64,000 nt of DNA from Mobula hypostoma. Lineage: Eukaryota. Positions 1 through 12,358 of the stretch are shown here, one piece after another (positions within the stretch are counted from its first letter, which is position 1; every line of letters starts with the position of its first letter). The notes beneath the pieces are model-generated. The model was not told the DNA's origin. It saw only the letters and a list, made by a program, of their open reading frames with translations, and did not search any database. The stretch lies in assembly GCF_963921235.1 (NCBI RefSeq), contig NC_086109.1, forward strand, positions 12,772,001 to 12,836,000, in the 5' to 3' direction. Position numbers and translations under genes: made by a program.

Positions 1-293
1 GGAGTTTCTCCCTTTTACTGTCTGCTATCGGGGACCCGCGAGTCAATCGACTCGGGGACTTTTGAGATTTTATTTACCGTGCCCATGGTTTGTTCTTCAT
101 CAAATCATGGTATTGCTTTGCACTGCTGTAACTATATGTTATAATTATGTGGTTCTGTCAGTGTTAGTCTTTGGTTTGTCCTGTTTTCTGTGATATCACT
201 CCGGAGAAACATTGTATCATTTCTTAATGCATGTATGCATTTCTAAATGACAATAAAGGAGGACTGAGTGTTCTCATGATCCAAAAAAAAATC
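1..293 (+). mobile_element. 3' end of a non-LTR retroelement (AATAAA plus A-tail), family unassigned
   Basis: Ends in aatgacaataaaggaggactgagtgttctcatgatcc followed by an A run (284-292) and abuts a CR1 3' fragment. No coding evidence in the window. Confidence 0.4.
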
Positions 294-510
294 TGTGGAA
301 TTCATTGTGACAGGCAGCTGTGGAGGTTAAGTCATTGGGTATATTTAAAATGGAATATCACAGGTTCTTGATTAGTAAGGGCATCAAAGGATACAGGAAG
401 AAGGCAGGAGAATAGATTTAGAGATCTAATAAATCAGCCATGATGGAATCGTGGAGCAGAGTCAATGGACAGAATGGCCTAATTCTGCTCCTATGTTTCA
501 TGGTATTATG
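294..510 (+). mobile_element. CR1 LINE 3' fragment
   Basis: Similar to the 3' end of the intact CR1 at 25075-25299 (tctgtggaattc...aatggcctaattctgctcctatgttt). Confidence 0.7.
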
Positions 511-1002
511 GTCTATGATCTCACATCATTCCTTGTTGTCTTCATATAGCTATCATTACTAATGGGTTCCCTTGCTGCTGTAGGTCACCGAAATCAAATC
601 ACAATTATACTTTCTCCTTAAAGTCACCATTCATCTTGTATGTATCTGACAATTTCCTGCTTTCAAATTATGGTGAGTTTTCCAGGACACACACAAATAT
701 TGCCATTGCAAAGTCACATTGTTTGCTCTCACTTACGACTGTTTCCTCGCTGCGAGAGAGACTGAAGCCCAGATTATCACACAGACACATTCTCAGTGTC
801 ACCACTGTTGTTCTGATCAGGCATCCTTCTGTCTCCGGTGATACTGACAGACATGGAAGTTCAGTCAGATGGGAAGATGCAGAGACACAATGGAGCAGAT
901 GAGCTGCTGAGATTCCAAACTTGTGGGTTCTGGTTGAGATACAGAACTGCTGAAATCTTCACTGTGTTTGATTTTCAGATGTTTACTGATTGTTTTCCAC
1001 AG

Positions 1003-1323
1003 AACCTGTGTCTATTCCTTTGCTTCAATTTTCTCCACCATCAAGTGGCTCAAGTTGTGCGGACTCCGTGTCAGTGTCCTGTGAGTCTGTCCATGGATCC
1101 CTTCCCATTCAGTACTCATGGTACAAAAGGACCCCATCTGCGGATTCAAAGATCTCCGATAACAATAAACTGGATCTACATTGCCAACCATTAAAATACA
1201 AAAAAGATCTCTATTATTGCAAAGCCTCAAATGTTAATGGAACAAAGTCCAGTGAAATGGTCAATGTGTCCATCTCCAACAGTGTCAGTATCTGCAGATA
1301 TGTGATTGAAGTCAACAGCACGG
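1003..1323 (+). CDS. Gene A: C2-type Ig domain exon of a CD300/pIgR-like (MDIR-type) receptor
   Basis: ttttccacAG|AACCTG...ACGG|GTAAGT; 321 nt, phase 1-1. Encodes EPVSIPLL...SVSCES...YSWYK...LYYCKASN...ICRYVIEVNST with the Ig C-W-YYC pattern. Same length as paralogous exon 45678-45998. Confidence 0.9.
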
Positions 1324-1607
1324 GTAAGTGGTGCAGAGTTTGATTCTTTGTGATGGTTGATGGAGTACAACTGCATGACCGATGCCTGTTGGATATTGTG
1401 TTGTTGGATCTTCACTCAGGAGCATGGAGTGTATGTTGTCACCACCTTTCAGAGAATGAAAAACCTTTCAGCACAGCAGTTTAAACGTGAGTCGCTCACC
1501 ACACTGTCTCCTACCTCCGATCTGCTCTCACTGGTTGGGTGTGAATGTGTCTCGTCTGGTAATATTTCTAGCCATTAATTAACATAATCCTTCTAAGATA
1601 AACCACT

Positions 1608-2065
1608 TCAATGTTCAAAGTAAATTTATCATCAATGTACATATATGTCTTCATATTCTACCCTGAGATCCATTTTCTCGCAGGCATTCACAGTAGATAC
1701 AAATAAATACAATAGAATCAATGAAAAATTACACATAATCAAAGATGGACAAACAACCAAAAGAAGACAACCTGTGCAAATATAAAAGAAACAAATTATC
1801 AATAAGTAAATTAATAAAAAATACTGAAAACGTAAGTTGTAGAGTCCTTGAAAGTGAGTCCATTGGTTGCAGAATCAGTTCAGTGTTGAAATGAGTGAAG
1901 TTATCTAGGTTGGTTCAGTATCCTGATGGTTGAAAGGTAATAACTGTTTCTGACCCTGGTGCTGTGACACCTCCTTCCCAATGACAGCAGCGTGAAGAAA
2001 GCATGGCCTGGGTGGTCCATGATGATGGATGCTGCTTTCTCATGGCAGTGTTCCATGCAGACTTT
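1608..2065 (-). mobile_element. Rex1/Babar-type LINE 3' fragment
   Basis: Same sequence family as 28780-29612 and 39115-40010, whose minus strands encode Rex1-type RT C-terminal peptides. Confidence 0.6.
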
Positions 2066-3459
2066 TATCCATATTTGTTCTGCCTGAATTTATAAACAAT
2101 TATCTGTGCTGCATTTTATAGCAAATGGGCTGAGTCATCAAATCAAAGCAGTTGTATCTTGATGAAAAGTACAGAAATCACATGGATTGTGAATGTCTGT
2201 GTCCTGAAAGCCAACATATCTTTCCCCGCAGGTGGGATTGTGAGATATGACCTCAAAAAACTATGCATCCTAGTTCATTGAGTCTCCAAGCAAAAGTGTA
2301 GAGAGATGGAGCTCAAGTGAATTCTATGCTGAGCAGTTTCAAGGATAGAAACATTATTGAAGAGGGTAGGTTTATATTGGAACAAGTCAACCACTCAACC
2401 ACTGGGGCTTGGATTGTCTTATTTCCCCTGTTCAGCAAATTGAAAATACATGGGCAAAAAAATTAGTATTACTTAGACTGTGGCAATAACAGAAATGTAG
2501 ATAATTACCTGGATGGCAATAGAATAGAAAAGCGGGAAACGTAATGAGTTTTGGGTGTCCTTGTACATCTTTCACTGAAGGTAAACATGCAGATGCAGCA
2601 GGGCATAAAGAATGCAAATTAGATTTGGACTTTCAGAGAGAAGATTCAAGTAAAGGAAAAAGCATGAAACACTACAATGAAACAGGGCCTTTATCAGTTG
2701 GGAAAAAAGTTCCAAGTAACATTTTTTATCGAAGTATGTATACCATACACAACCTTGAAACTTGTCTCTTTACTGGCAGCCACAACACAAAGAAACCCAA
2801 TAGAACCTATCAAAAAAAGACCATCAAACACACAATGTGCCAAAAATAAACAAATCAATCAAACAATAATAGTAAGCAAATAACATTCAGAACTGAAGTT
2901 CATACAAGTGAGTCCCCAGCTATGAAGCCAGTCACTGGCAATCTCGGAGCCTGTCAGTTGCAGGCCGCAGCCTCAGCTCAGCGCAGGGATGAGTAAACTT
3001 TGCGGAGCAGTTAGCCTCACATCAGCCCGTCCCTCTTGTCCAGCCCTGACAGCCTGAACTTTTCAATCTGGCCCTGTGTTTAAGTCGGCCAACCAGAGCG
3101 TCATTCCTCACACTCACACTCAGGCCCTGCCATTCGATGCGCTCACATGCTCGGGACCTGCTGACTCGATTCGATCTGGCCCAAAGGTTAAATCAGTGAG
3201 ACATCAACTTGTTCCTCGCTCTCGACTACTAGAATTGTGTGCAGTTTTGGTCCAATGAAATATGTTCCTGTTATAGGTCAGCCGATCGTTCCTTGCTCTC
3301 TGACACGTGGCCCTGATGCTCCGGTATGCTCTCATGCCCAGGACCTAATGCCTCAATTAGGTCCGTACCAGACATTTCCAATCTGGCCCAGCACTAAAAT
3401 TGGTATCAGGCCATCAGTATTGTGTGCAATTTTGGTCCGATGAAAGATGTTCTTGTTTT

Positions 3460-4020
3460 GGATGGAGGCGAGCAAAGGACCAGCAGACTGATTTCTGGAA
3501 TGTCACAAGTGACAAAAGATCAGAGATTTAGTTGAAGAGGTTTTCACTTGCTGCAGTTTAGAAGGCTGAGAGGTGATTTCATAAAAATTTGCAATATTTT
3601 AGATACAGATTCAGGTTGGATGCTTCCAATGCCAGGGAATACAGGACAGTTTCCGGACTCTGAGAATAGTCTAATGGGTGAGTCATTTAAGACTGAGATT
3701 AGGAAAGGTCCCTTCTCCCAGAAAGTGGTGAATCTGTATTTCAGAAAGATTGAGTTATTTTTCTCAGAGGTAGAGAGATCAAAAGATATGGGAAACAGTT
3801 ACTCTCCCAGATATCTCCAGGTTCTAATATTCTACGTCCAGGAGAACTTAAAAAGTTGGGACAAGAAAAAAATTACTGGCCATTTCTAATTTCAATGGAC
3901 TAGGGGAAAGCTAACCACTCTATTTTAAAAAAGGAGCTAGAGAAAAAAGAGGAAATGATTGAGCAATTAGCCTGACACTGGTATTGAGAAACGTGATGAG
4001 GAAGGACAAATGGTAAAACC
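3460..4020 (+). mobile_element. Degenerate, rearranged CR1 ORF2 fragments
   Basis: ORF 3548-3889 (LQFRRLRGDFIKI...FKTEIRKGPFSQKVVNL) matches the C-terminus of CR1 ORF2 22201-25200. Confidence 0.7.
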
Positions 4021-4453
4021 AATGTATTGAATTGGTCTTGGGTTTCTTTGTGCCCATTATAAATTCCCCCATTTCTGTCTGTTAGCTATCCTATATATAT
4101 TTGTTTTAATTCCTCATCTCTCCATGTACCTATTGAAGGTTTCACATGAGTATATGTGTTCCCTACAAACCTGCTCACGTTCTAAATTTTCAATGATTTA
4201 ATCAATTTCTTTGTTTTGTTTTGAATTCTAAACTATTTCTAATATTCAGCTTTGCAGATTTGCTGAACATGATGCATTTCCTTGGATCTAATAGATTCAC
4301 TAATTTCTTTTGAAAGTCGTGCTTGATGGTCTTAAAAGCTCGAAGGGGATCTCTTTAATGCATGAAATATTCCCTGAGGGTGGATGGAGTTCATGTTGAA
4401 AAGGATGTTTCACAGGCTGCAGGGTCCAGAATGGGGACAATTCCAGGAGAATA

Positions 4454-7043
4454 TGTCATGGTCCGGTCTGTGAAGTCCGTATTCCGGTTCACGGTCCAGT
4501 CCATCGACCCTTGCTCCAGATTTTCCTATCCACCCTGTTTCTTTTCTTGTTGAGCTAATTTAGGCAGTTGATGCTAGTTGGGGCTGGCTGCATAAATACC
4601 TTCAGAGACCCAGGCATGGCTGCTGGATTGTTCTTGTCGTTACTCCTTGTATCCCTTGCTCTGCCTTCTGTTTCCTCGCCTGAAGTTCTTGTCTCGTCTT
4701 GGTTTGCCAGAAGCCTTGCCTTGTCTTGCCGGTAACTCTCACCTTGTCTTGCCTGCAGTCTTGTCCTAGAGGCACCCTGTACCTCACTCCCTTCCTGTCC
4801 TTTGCCTCCGCCCAGGTAAACCAGGCTGTCTTGCCGTTACCTGGGGATGGTTGTATCCCTTCCTGTCCCTTACCTCTGTCGGGTGGTTATCCACGCTCTG
4901 CCCAGGAGTACCGCGCCCTGCCAAACCTCGCCTCGCCTCAAGTCTCCTGCCTCCTGCCAAGCCTCGCATCGTCTCCTGCCTCCAGCCTCGCCTCGCCTCA
5001 AGTCTCCTGCCTCCTGCCAAGCCTCACCTCAAGACTCCTGCCTCCAGCCTCACCTCACCTCAAGACTCCTGCCTCCAGCCTCACCTCGCCTCAAGACTCC
5101 TGCCTCCAGCCTCACCTCACCTCAAGACTCCTGCCTCCAGCCTCACCTCGCCTCGACTCCTGCCTCCAGCCTCACCTCGCCTCAAGACTCCTGCCTCCAG
5201 CCTCACCTCACCTCAAGTCTCCTGTCTCCAGCCTTGCCTCGCCTCAAGTCTCCTGCCTCCAGCCTCCAGACTCGCCTTGTCTCAAGTCTCCTGCCTCCAG
5301 CCTCGCCTCGCCTCAAGTCTCCTGCCACCAGCCTCGCCTCTCCTCAAGTCTCCTGCCACCAGCCTCGCCTCTCCTCAAGTCTCCTGCCACCAGCCTCGCC
5401 TCTCCTCAAGTCTCCTGCCACCAGCCTCGCCTCTCCTCAAGTCTCCTGCCACCAGCCTCGCCTCTCCTCAAGTCTCCTGCCTCCAGCCTCCAGGCTCGCC
5501 TCGCCTCAAGTCTCCTGCCTCCAGCCTCACCTCTCCTCAAGTCTCCTGCCACCAGCCTCGCCTCTCCTCAAGTCTCCTGCCTCTAGCCTCGCCTCTCCTC
5601 AAATCTTCTGCCTCCGGCCTCGCCTATCCTCGAGACCCCTGCCTCCGGCCTCGCCTCGCCTCAAGTCTCCAGCCTCCGGCCTCGCCTCACCTCAAGTCTC
5701 CAGCCTCCGGCCTCGCCGCCAGCCCGAAGGCTCCAGCCTCCTGCCGGGCCGCCAGCCCGAAGGCTCCAGCCTCCTGCCTGGCCGCCAGCCCGAAGGCTCC
5801 AGCCTCCTGCCTGGCCGCCAGCCCGAAGGCTCCAGCCTCCTGCCTGGCCGCCAGCCCGAAGGCTCCAGCCTCCTGCCTGGCCGCCAGCCCGAAGGCTCCA
5901 GCCTCCTGCCTAGCCCCTTGCCAAGCCAAGTCTCTCGCCTCTCGCCTCATCAAGCCAAGCCTCTAGCCTCTAGCCAAGCCAAGCCGTCTCTAGCCTCTAG
6001 CCTCTTGCCAAGACAAGTCACTAGCCTCTAGCCTCTTGCCAAGCCATGCCAAGTCTCGAGCCTCTAGCCTCTAGCCTCTTGCCAAGCCAAGTCTCTAGCC
6101 TCTAGCCTCTTGCTAAGCCAAGTGTCTAGCCTCTAGCCTCTTGCCTAGCCAAGCCAAGTCTCTAGCCTCTAGCCTCTAGCCTCTAGCCAAGCCTAGTCTC
6201 TACCCAATCCAAGCCAAGTCTCTAGTCTCTAGTCTCTAGTCCCTAGTCTTTAGTCTCTAGCCAAGCCAAGCCAAGCCAAGTCGCTAGCCTCTAGCCTCTG
6301 GCCTCTGGCTTCTGGCCTTATAGCCTCTAGCCTCTTGCCAGGCCAAGTCTCTAGCCTCTAGCCTCTAGCCTCTAGCCTCTTGCCAGGCCAAGTCTCTAGC
6401 CTCTAGCCAAGTCTAGCCAAGTCTCTAGCCTCTAGTCTCTAGCTCAAGCCTGAAGATTCCAGCCTCCTGCCTAGCCCATTGCCAAGCCAAGCCAAGCCTC
6501 TGGTCTCTGGTCTCGAGTCAAGCCAAGCCTCTAGCCTCTAGCCAAGCCAAGCCTCTAGCCTCTAGCCAAGCCAAGTCTCTAGCCTCTAGTCTCTAGCCAA
6601 GCCAAGTCTCTAGCCTCTAGCCTCTTGCCAAGCCAAGTCGCTAGCTTCTAGCCTCTAGCCTCTCGCCTCTAGCCTCTAGCCAAGCCAAGTCTCTAGCCTC
6701 TAGCCTCTAGCCAAGCCAAGTCTCTAGCCTCTAGCCTCTAGCCAAGCCAAGCTTCTAGCCTCTTGCCAAGCCAAGTCGCTAGCCTCTAGCCTCTAGCCTC
6801 TCGCCTCTCGCCTCTCGCCTCTCGCCTGAAGATTCTAGCCTCATCCTGCCTGCCTGCCACGCCTCATCCTTGCCTAGTCCTGGGGTCCAAGCCAGAGGCA
6901 AGACCCAGGTACTGGGTCCTTGTCCAGTCTCTGGCTCGGAGTCCAAGCCCGGGCTCCAAGCTCTCTTATCCTAATCCTGTCCCTAGTACTTCAGTGTCTG
7001 TGTCTTGCACTTGGGTCCATTCCCAGCCACCCACCTTATGACA
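4454..7043 (+). mobile_element. Solo LTR (Gypsy/ERV-like) with expanded internal tandem repeats, in the C2-stalk intron of gene A
   Basis: Termini TGTCAT...ATGACA; 5-bp target-site duplication GAATA at 4449-4453 and 7044-7048; TATA-like CATAAATA at 4591. No gag/pol present. Strand assignment is tentative. Confidence 0.75.
4925..6840. repeat. Compound minisatellite inside the LTR
   Basis: About 22-26-nt units (cctcgcctcaagtctcctgcctccag) at about 4925-5715; about six 33-nt units (gccgccagcccgaaggctccagcctcctgcctg) at about 5716-5910; mosaic of ctagcct and ccaag units at about 5910-6840. Confidence 0.95.
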
Positions 7044-8127
7044 GAATACTGATAATCATTTTGTTATTGTACTTAAGTCTGTTACTCTGTGCAGTTTGAA
7101 CAAATGTTTCAAAAATGAAAAGCTTTATTCAAATCTCTGAGTGTTCACTGGAGGGGTGGAAACTCTCTCACCAGCAAGAGAATCAGCAAAATTATATGTA
7201 AAGAAAATTGTTGCCAGGATTTTATGACAACTTCTCAGAATGGTCGAGGTTTCTGTCACTAGTGCAAACACAGAAAGCCAGACATATATTTTACACACAC
7301 ATTGTACAAATGATTGCATTTAATTGGAGTTTGTACTGAGGAACAGCTTATTGAATATACTTTCAAATTCAAAAGCTCATTGCCCCTAAATGAGTACAAC
7401 AGGTGAGACCATCTCAATCTTTCTTCTACCCATCCTCTTAGTTTTCTGCCACTCTACACCTGAAGTGAGGTTCCATCATTTCATTTATTTAGCAATAGAG
7501 CATGGTGTAGGCCCTTCCAGCTCTTTGAGTCATGCTGCCCCAGCAACCCCTACCAAACCCAATTAACCCTAACCTAATCATGGGACAATCTACACTGTCC
7601 AATTACTTTACTCGGTCGTCTTTGGATTCTGGAAAGAAACCGGAGGACCCTGAGAAAACTCACACATTCCACAGGGAGGACATACAGAGGCTCCTTATAG
7701 AGCAGCGTCAGAATTGAACTCCAAACTTCGGAATGCCCTGAACTGTAATTGCATCACTCTAGCTGCTTCGGTACCATGGCAACCAGGGTACATTGACTTT
7801 CTGTATATGGTTTTAAAAGACTTTGCCTTTTCATTGAGAAAACGCCCTGCATTATCCTGTTGGATAAAAAGTGTACTTGAACCATTACCTGCCTGAATAC
7901 TCAAGCAGTTATGACCACGCCCCTCAGAGGGTGAGGGGGCCCCGGAAAGAGGTCTCCCCATGGCTGGCAGAGGCCAGCTCCCTGGCTGGAAATCTCCCTT
8001 ATGATTGGGATTACAGTTCCCTCAGTCCAAGTCCCCAGCAGCATCTCCACGCCACCAGTGCCTAAATACGGGAAAGAATCCAAATTGTCGGTGAATGTAA
8101 CTGGGTGCTCAGGAGAACAGCAATAAG

Positions 8128-8395
8128 CATAAAACCATTACAGCACCAGCGATCAGTGACCGGGGCCCAATTCCCACCACTGTTGCAAGTTGTTTATGCA
8201 TTCTCCCAGTGACTGTGTGGGTTTCCTCTGAGTACTCTGATTTCCTCTCATTTTCCAAAGGCACACGGGCAAGTATTAGTAATTCATAGGCATGCTATTT
8301 TGGTGCTGGAAGCATGGGACACTTGCAGGCTTCCCCCAGAAAATATTCTATATTGGTTGTTATTGCTAACAATGCATTTCACTGTGTGATCTGAT
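8128..8395 (+). mobile_element. Degenerate V-SINE (HE1-like)
   Basis: Central block tgtgggtttcctctgagtactctgatttcctctcattttccaaag resembles the V-SINE conserved domain; related to copies at 9951, 11950 and 12803. Confidence 0.5.
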
Positions 8396-8557
8396 GAACA
8401 TGTGACAAATAAATCTCATCTTTAATCTTTAAATGTGTATTGGATAACAGATCACCTTTGGTCTACCGTGCTCAAGTACCCATTGGTCCAACGATTGTGC
8501 TCTCTTGTTTTTGCAAATACAAAGCAGATAAAACGTCATTTGATTTTCTTTTAACAG

Positions 8558-8636
8558 GGCCAATCCATTTCTGTGAAAATACTGGGACAGTATCTACAAC
8601 AAGTGCACAAAGGGGAGAACCTATTTCACATAAAAC
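8558..8636 (+). CDS. Gene A: stalk exon (GPIHFCENTGTVSTTSAQRGEPISHKT)
   Basis: ttttcttttaacAG|GG...AAAAC|GTAAAG; 79 nt, phase 1 to 2. Bridges the C2 exon (phase 1) and the TM exon (phase 2) in frame; Ser/Thr-rich. Confidence 0.8.
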
Positions 8637-9327
8637 GTAAAGTATAAGTTTCTCTCTACGGCTGGTTTCACTGCTACTCCTTCCAAATAGAGCCAGTTGG
8701 GAGAGAAATTTGTCTCTCTTTAACTGGTATTAGAAACATTTGACATGATTAACTTCAATGAAATGACATGTTGGAAACTAAATTTTGTTGTACAGGCGTC
8801 AAGCCTGAGATCAAAGATAATTTTCTTACTCTAAATATTCTGAGTACTAAAGTCATTGTTGTATATTAGAACAACAGGCCCTTCAGCCTGACTCGTCCAA
8901 GCCAAACAAGGGTCCAGACAGCCGCAAAACAAAGAAAACCATGGAAACCATTCAAAGAAGAGGTTCGGCTACATGGTCAGCAACTCTGTCTGTCAGAGAA
9001 GAAGCCACCAATCAATTCTTTAATGTAACAGTTCCAATGAAATGTTTGTAAAAGAACATGTGAGGGTTCCCAAATGGCCTGGACAGTAGTTAATATCACT
9101 CATAACCAATATCACTCTCATTGGTCATGATCACATTTCTACTTGTGAGACCTTGCTGTGAGCAGATTGGCTATTGCAATTTCCCACACTGTCAACAGTG
9201 TCTAACAATCATTTCTGATCTGTAGACATCCTGAACTCATGAAAAATGCTGTGTAAATGTCAGACCTTACAAATGGCCAAGAATAAGTTTGAAACCAGGA
9301 CTGACACTTTCTTATTCTTTACCACAG

Positions 9328-9419
9328 GCCCACTTACATAAGTGTGCTCAGTGTTGTTGGAATTCTTCTCATACTACTTGTCGTTTGTCTACTTTGCTAC
9401 CTGAAGAGAAAAAGGAGGG
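9328..9419 (+). CDS. Gene A: transmembrane exon, no charged residue (PTYISVLSVVGILLILLVVCLLCYL-KRKRR)
   Basis: cttattctttaccacAG|G...AGGG|GTAGGT; 92 nt, phase 2 to 1. About 23 hydrophobic residues followed by the basic stop-transfer KRKRR. Confidence 0.9.
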
Positions 9420-9950
9420 GTAGGTTTCTTTTTTCCTTTAATTATTTCATGATGAATATGATAACTAGCAGCTGAACCTTAAAGAACTTGATTTCGTTGC
9501 AGTCAACAAAAAGCCAGGATTAGAGTGCCAATTTGTTGGTTTACAACACATGATAAAATGGTGTTGCTTCCACTGTAACCTGGTGACTCCATTATTCCTG
9601 AAACATCAGGTGATGGAATCTCACCTCAGGTGTGGAATGGCAGAGAACCAAGAGGCTGGGTTGAAGAAAGATTTAGGTGGTCTCACTGTTGTACTCAGTT
9701 TTGGGGAATTAGCTGTTGTATTTGAAGGTGTATTCCATAAGCTGTTCCTCAGTACAACTTCCAAATTAAAAGCAATCATTTGGACAATGTATGTGTAAAA
9801 TCATTCTCTCATGTCATTCTCAAAAAAAAAGATCAGGTGTATCTTTCACCTATCTACCACTCACTATATATCACTGGACAAAGTACCCTGCTCTCATTGG
9901 TTGCTGTAGATTAAGTCACGGGTCTGCTTTGCTGAGATGATCCTGACATG

Positions 9951-10235
9951 GGCACCACGGTAGCGTAGGGATTAGCACCACACTGTTACTCCTTGGGGCT
10001 TTTTGGAGATCGGAGTTCAATTCCGATGTTGTTCTGTACAGAGTCTCTGTGTCCAGCCCATTGAATGTGTCTCTGGGTGCTCCAGTTTCCTCCCACTCTC
10101 CAAAGAGAGTTATCTGGTCATTGTAAATTGTTCCATGATTGGATTAAGTTTAATCAGGCTTGTCGGGGTCACTGGGTCAGCGTGGCACAAAGGGCCAGAA
10201 GGGTTTACTCTGTGATGTATAAATAAATAAATAAG
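9951..10235 (+). mobile_element. tRNA-derived V-SINE (HE1-like)
   Basis: tRNA-like head (ggtagcgtagggattagc...gttcaattcc), V-domain (gggtgctccagtttcctcccact) and AATA tail. Confidence 0.65.
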
Positions 10236-11949
10236 TAATCTTGTGTCCTTTAAGTAGACTTTGTAAACCATTGAAGAGAACTGTGAGTACAGAGATCATC
10301 TCTGTGTTATTATCAGATGGGGAAATGGAGTTGATCACTGGAAAATAAAGCCCCTGCAGCCTCCAACTCACTGGCTGATGGAATATAACTCACTGGATGA
10401 AAATGAAGACAACTAATAATTCAACTGCTCCCCATGATTTAGTTTCTGGCCCCTCTCTCTCTCTCCCCAACAAACCAGACAGTTACTTTCAGCGTAGTAT
10501 TATCCTCAAGTCACTGCTTATTGCAACGATCTGAACAAAAGGAATGCATTCTTTTCCAAAGAGAGATTCCCTAAATGGTCAATACCTGAGGTATAGGCAG
10601 GAAAGTGCTAGGGATGCTCAGCATGTCAGATGGCAGCTGTGGAGAGAGGAACAGCTGATCCTTCAAGGCAATGAACTTACATCAGAACAGGAATATATGA
10701 GCGATAACAAGTCCTGAGGTGCAGAGGAAGTACGGAAGGAAGCATAAAAGAGAGGGTTTCTGAGGGAGTACAAGACAGAAAAAATACGTCAGGAAAGATG
10801 ATGTGTGAGGCAAAAGGTGGGTGGTAATAGGATAAATGAAGACTTAAAGATGGGCAGGCTTTGAAATTTGATATCTTCATTGGTGACATTATCCTCATCA
10901 GTAACAGAGTGTACTGCTCTTGATTTCCTTTGGCATTTCTCTTTCTATTGTTAACTATTAATTTAAAAATGGGAAGCAGGATTTGGGAAATAAAATCTGT
11001 TCACAATTCCACTTCCACTATTCTGCCCTCACTCAAGAGTTTTCCCCGTTTTCTTAAGGTAGGCAGATAGGTAAACTCCAGTCTAGGTGTAGTTGTAGTT
11101 TGAATGCAGTTCTGTTATTCAGCAACCCATTACAGTAAGCCAAGAGCTGAGAAAAAAAGTGTTTCTAGATGTTTTCACAAGAGATGGATTCAAATATTGA
11201 TTAAAATTCCTTTGCCTCGTCACAAAGTTTCATGGACAACTGAATGAGTAAATATGCAAGCAATTACAAAATGGCTGACCTGATGTCGTAGGTCATTTGC
11301 TTAGAAACACAGTAGTAAGAAATGAACAACTGCTGTAAACTTACAAGTAAGCAGTGATTTCTAGTGACTAGAAATAAAATGGCAAACCAAATCAGGGGGA
11401 ACATAACATTCACTAATAGTCTCAGGCCATAAAAACCTTTGATTGAAGATAGGGCATTTGGTTTCCATATGAAATTGTTGATCTCAGTGTTGAATTTGAA
11501 AGGAGATTTTGTGACCAGTAGGAAAGTGAGGTAATTTTTATTTTGGGCAGTTTGTTCCTTCTTCCCGAGGGACAATCTGCCACAGAGTCCTGGGGAGATC
11601 AGTGAAATGTTCATGGGACAGTGTGAATATTGTCAGGTAACCTGTTCCATCATATTGTGAAGAAGAAATATTATCTAAAAACATGCACAAACAATGTAGA
11701 AAATGTAGGTAGATCAGACAGAATTTGAAGCAATAAAAAGAAAAATGAAATTTCAAATCTGAATTCTTCATTACAATGTTCAAAGATAAAAAAAATGTCA
11801 GTTTGCAGTAGCAGAGAAGGTGAGGCATAAAACAACATGATCCTTTCTGAATATTGTGCAGTAACCAGAGCAGAGGTTTGCTCTGTGTGGAGAATCATTA
11901 TGGTGTTGCAGCCTGGGTTCCTGTGGTTCTGAGATTCAGTATGGGGGCC

Positions 11950-12257
11950 ATGGTAACGTAACAGTTTGGGCGAAGCTATTACAGCTCGGGGCAGTTCAAT
12001 TCCAGTGCCGTTCTGAAAGGAGTCTCTGTATGTCCTCCCTGTGGGATGCATGGATACACTCCGGGTCCTCCAGTTTCCTCCCACAGTCCAAAGACGTACC
12101 AGGTAGGTGAATTGGTCAATGGAAATTGTCCCGAGATAAGGTTAGGGTTAATCTGGATTGTCGGGGGTTGTTGGGGTGGCGAAACTCAAAGGCTGCAAGG
12201 GCCGACTCTGTGCTGCATCAATCAATCAATCAATCAATCAATAAATGAATAAATAAA
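11950..12257 (+). mobile_element. V-SINE with (ATCA)n/AATA tail
   Basis: Contains ccgggtcctccagtttcctcccacagtccaaagacgtacc; (ATCA)n at about 12218-12241. Confidence 0.65.
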
Positions 12258-12311
12258 TGTTTATGTCTGTAACAACCATGCAATTTTTAGCAATAATGGT
12301 ATATTTTCCAG

Positions 12312-12358
12312 AATTCAAGCACAACGCATCTCACAGAGAAGGCAACAATGATACCCAG
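12312..12358 (+). CDS. Gene A: first cytoplasmic exon (EFKHNASHREGNNDTQ)
   Basis: tattttccAG|AA...CCCAG|GTATGG; 47 nt, phase 1 to 0, exactly the phase change needed between the TM exon and the terminal exon. Confidence 0.75.

Noticed and set aside
550-672. Open 123-nt phase 1-1 candidate cassette exon (AG at 548-549, GTGAGT at 673) before the gene A C2 exon
   Set aside because: The homologous intron segment in gene C (about 44970-45050) has an in-frame stop and no donor, and the peptide resembles no receptor domain.
4616-4731. LTR-derived signal-peptide-like exon (MAAGLFLSLLLVSLAL...) with a phase-2 donor compatible with the gene A TM exon
   Set aside because: The TATA-like box at 4591 would put the start site at or after this ATG, and CT-rich DNA yields Leu/Ser-rich peptides by chance. 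RNA-seq junctions 4731-9328 would revive it.
4699-6031. Three overlapping 295-394-aa Pro/Ser/Leu-rich ORFs
   Set aside because: They are translations of a C/T-rich minisatellite that cannot easily form stops, are open in all three frames, and lie in an LTR within an intron.
4925-6840. CRISPR-like or Ig-switch-like array
   Set aside because: Units are contiguous with no unique spacers, the DNA is vertebrate, and the AGCT/GAGCT motifs typical of switch regions are not enriched.
10479-10534. Possible alternative terminal exon after the gene A TM, giving an ITIM-less tail
   Set aside because: Supported only by a pyrimidine tract plus AG; no paralogous support and no nearby polyadenylation evidence.
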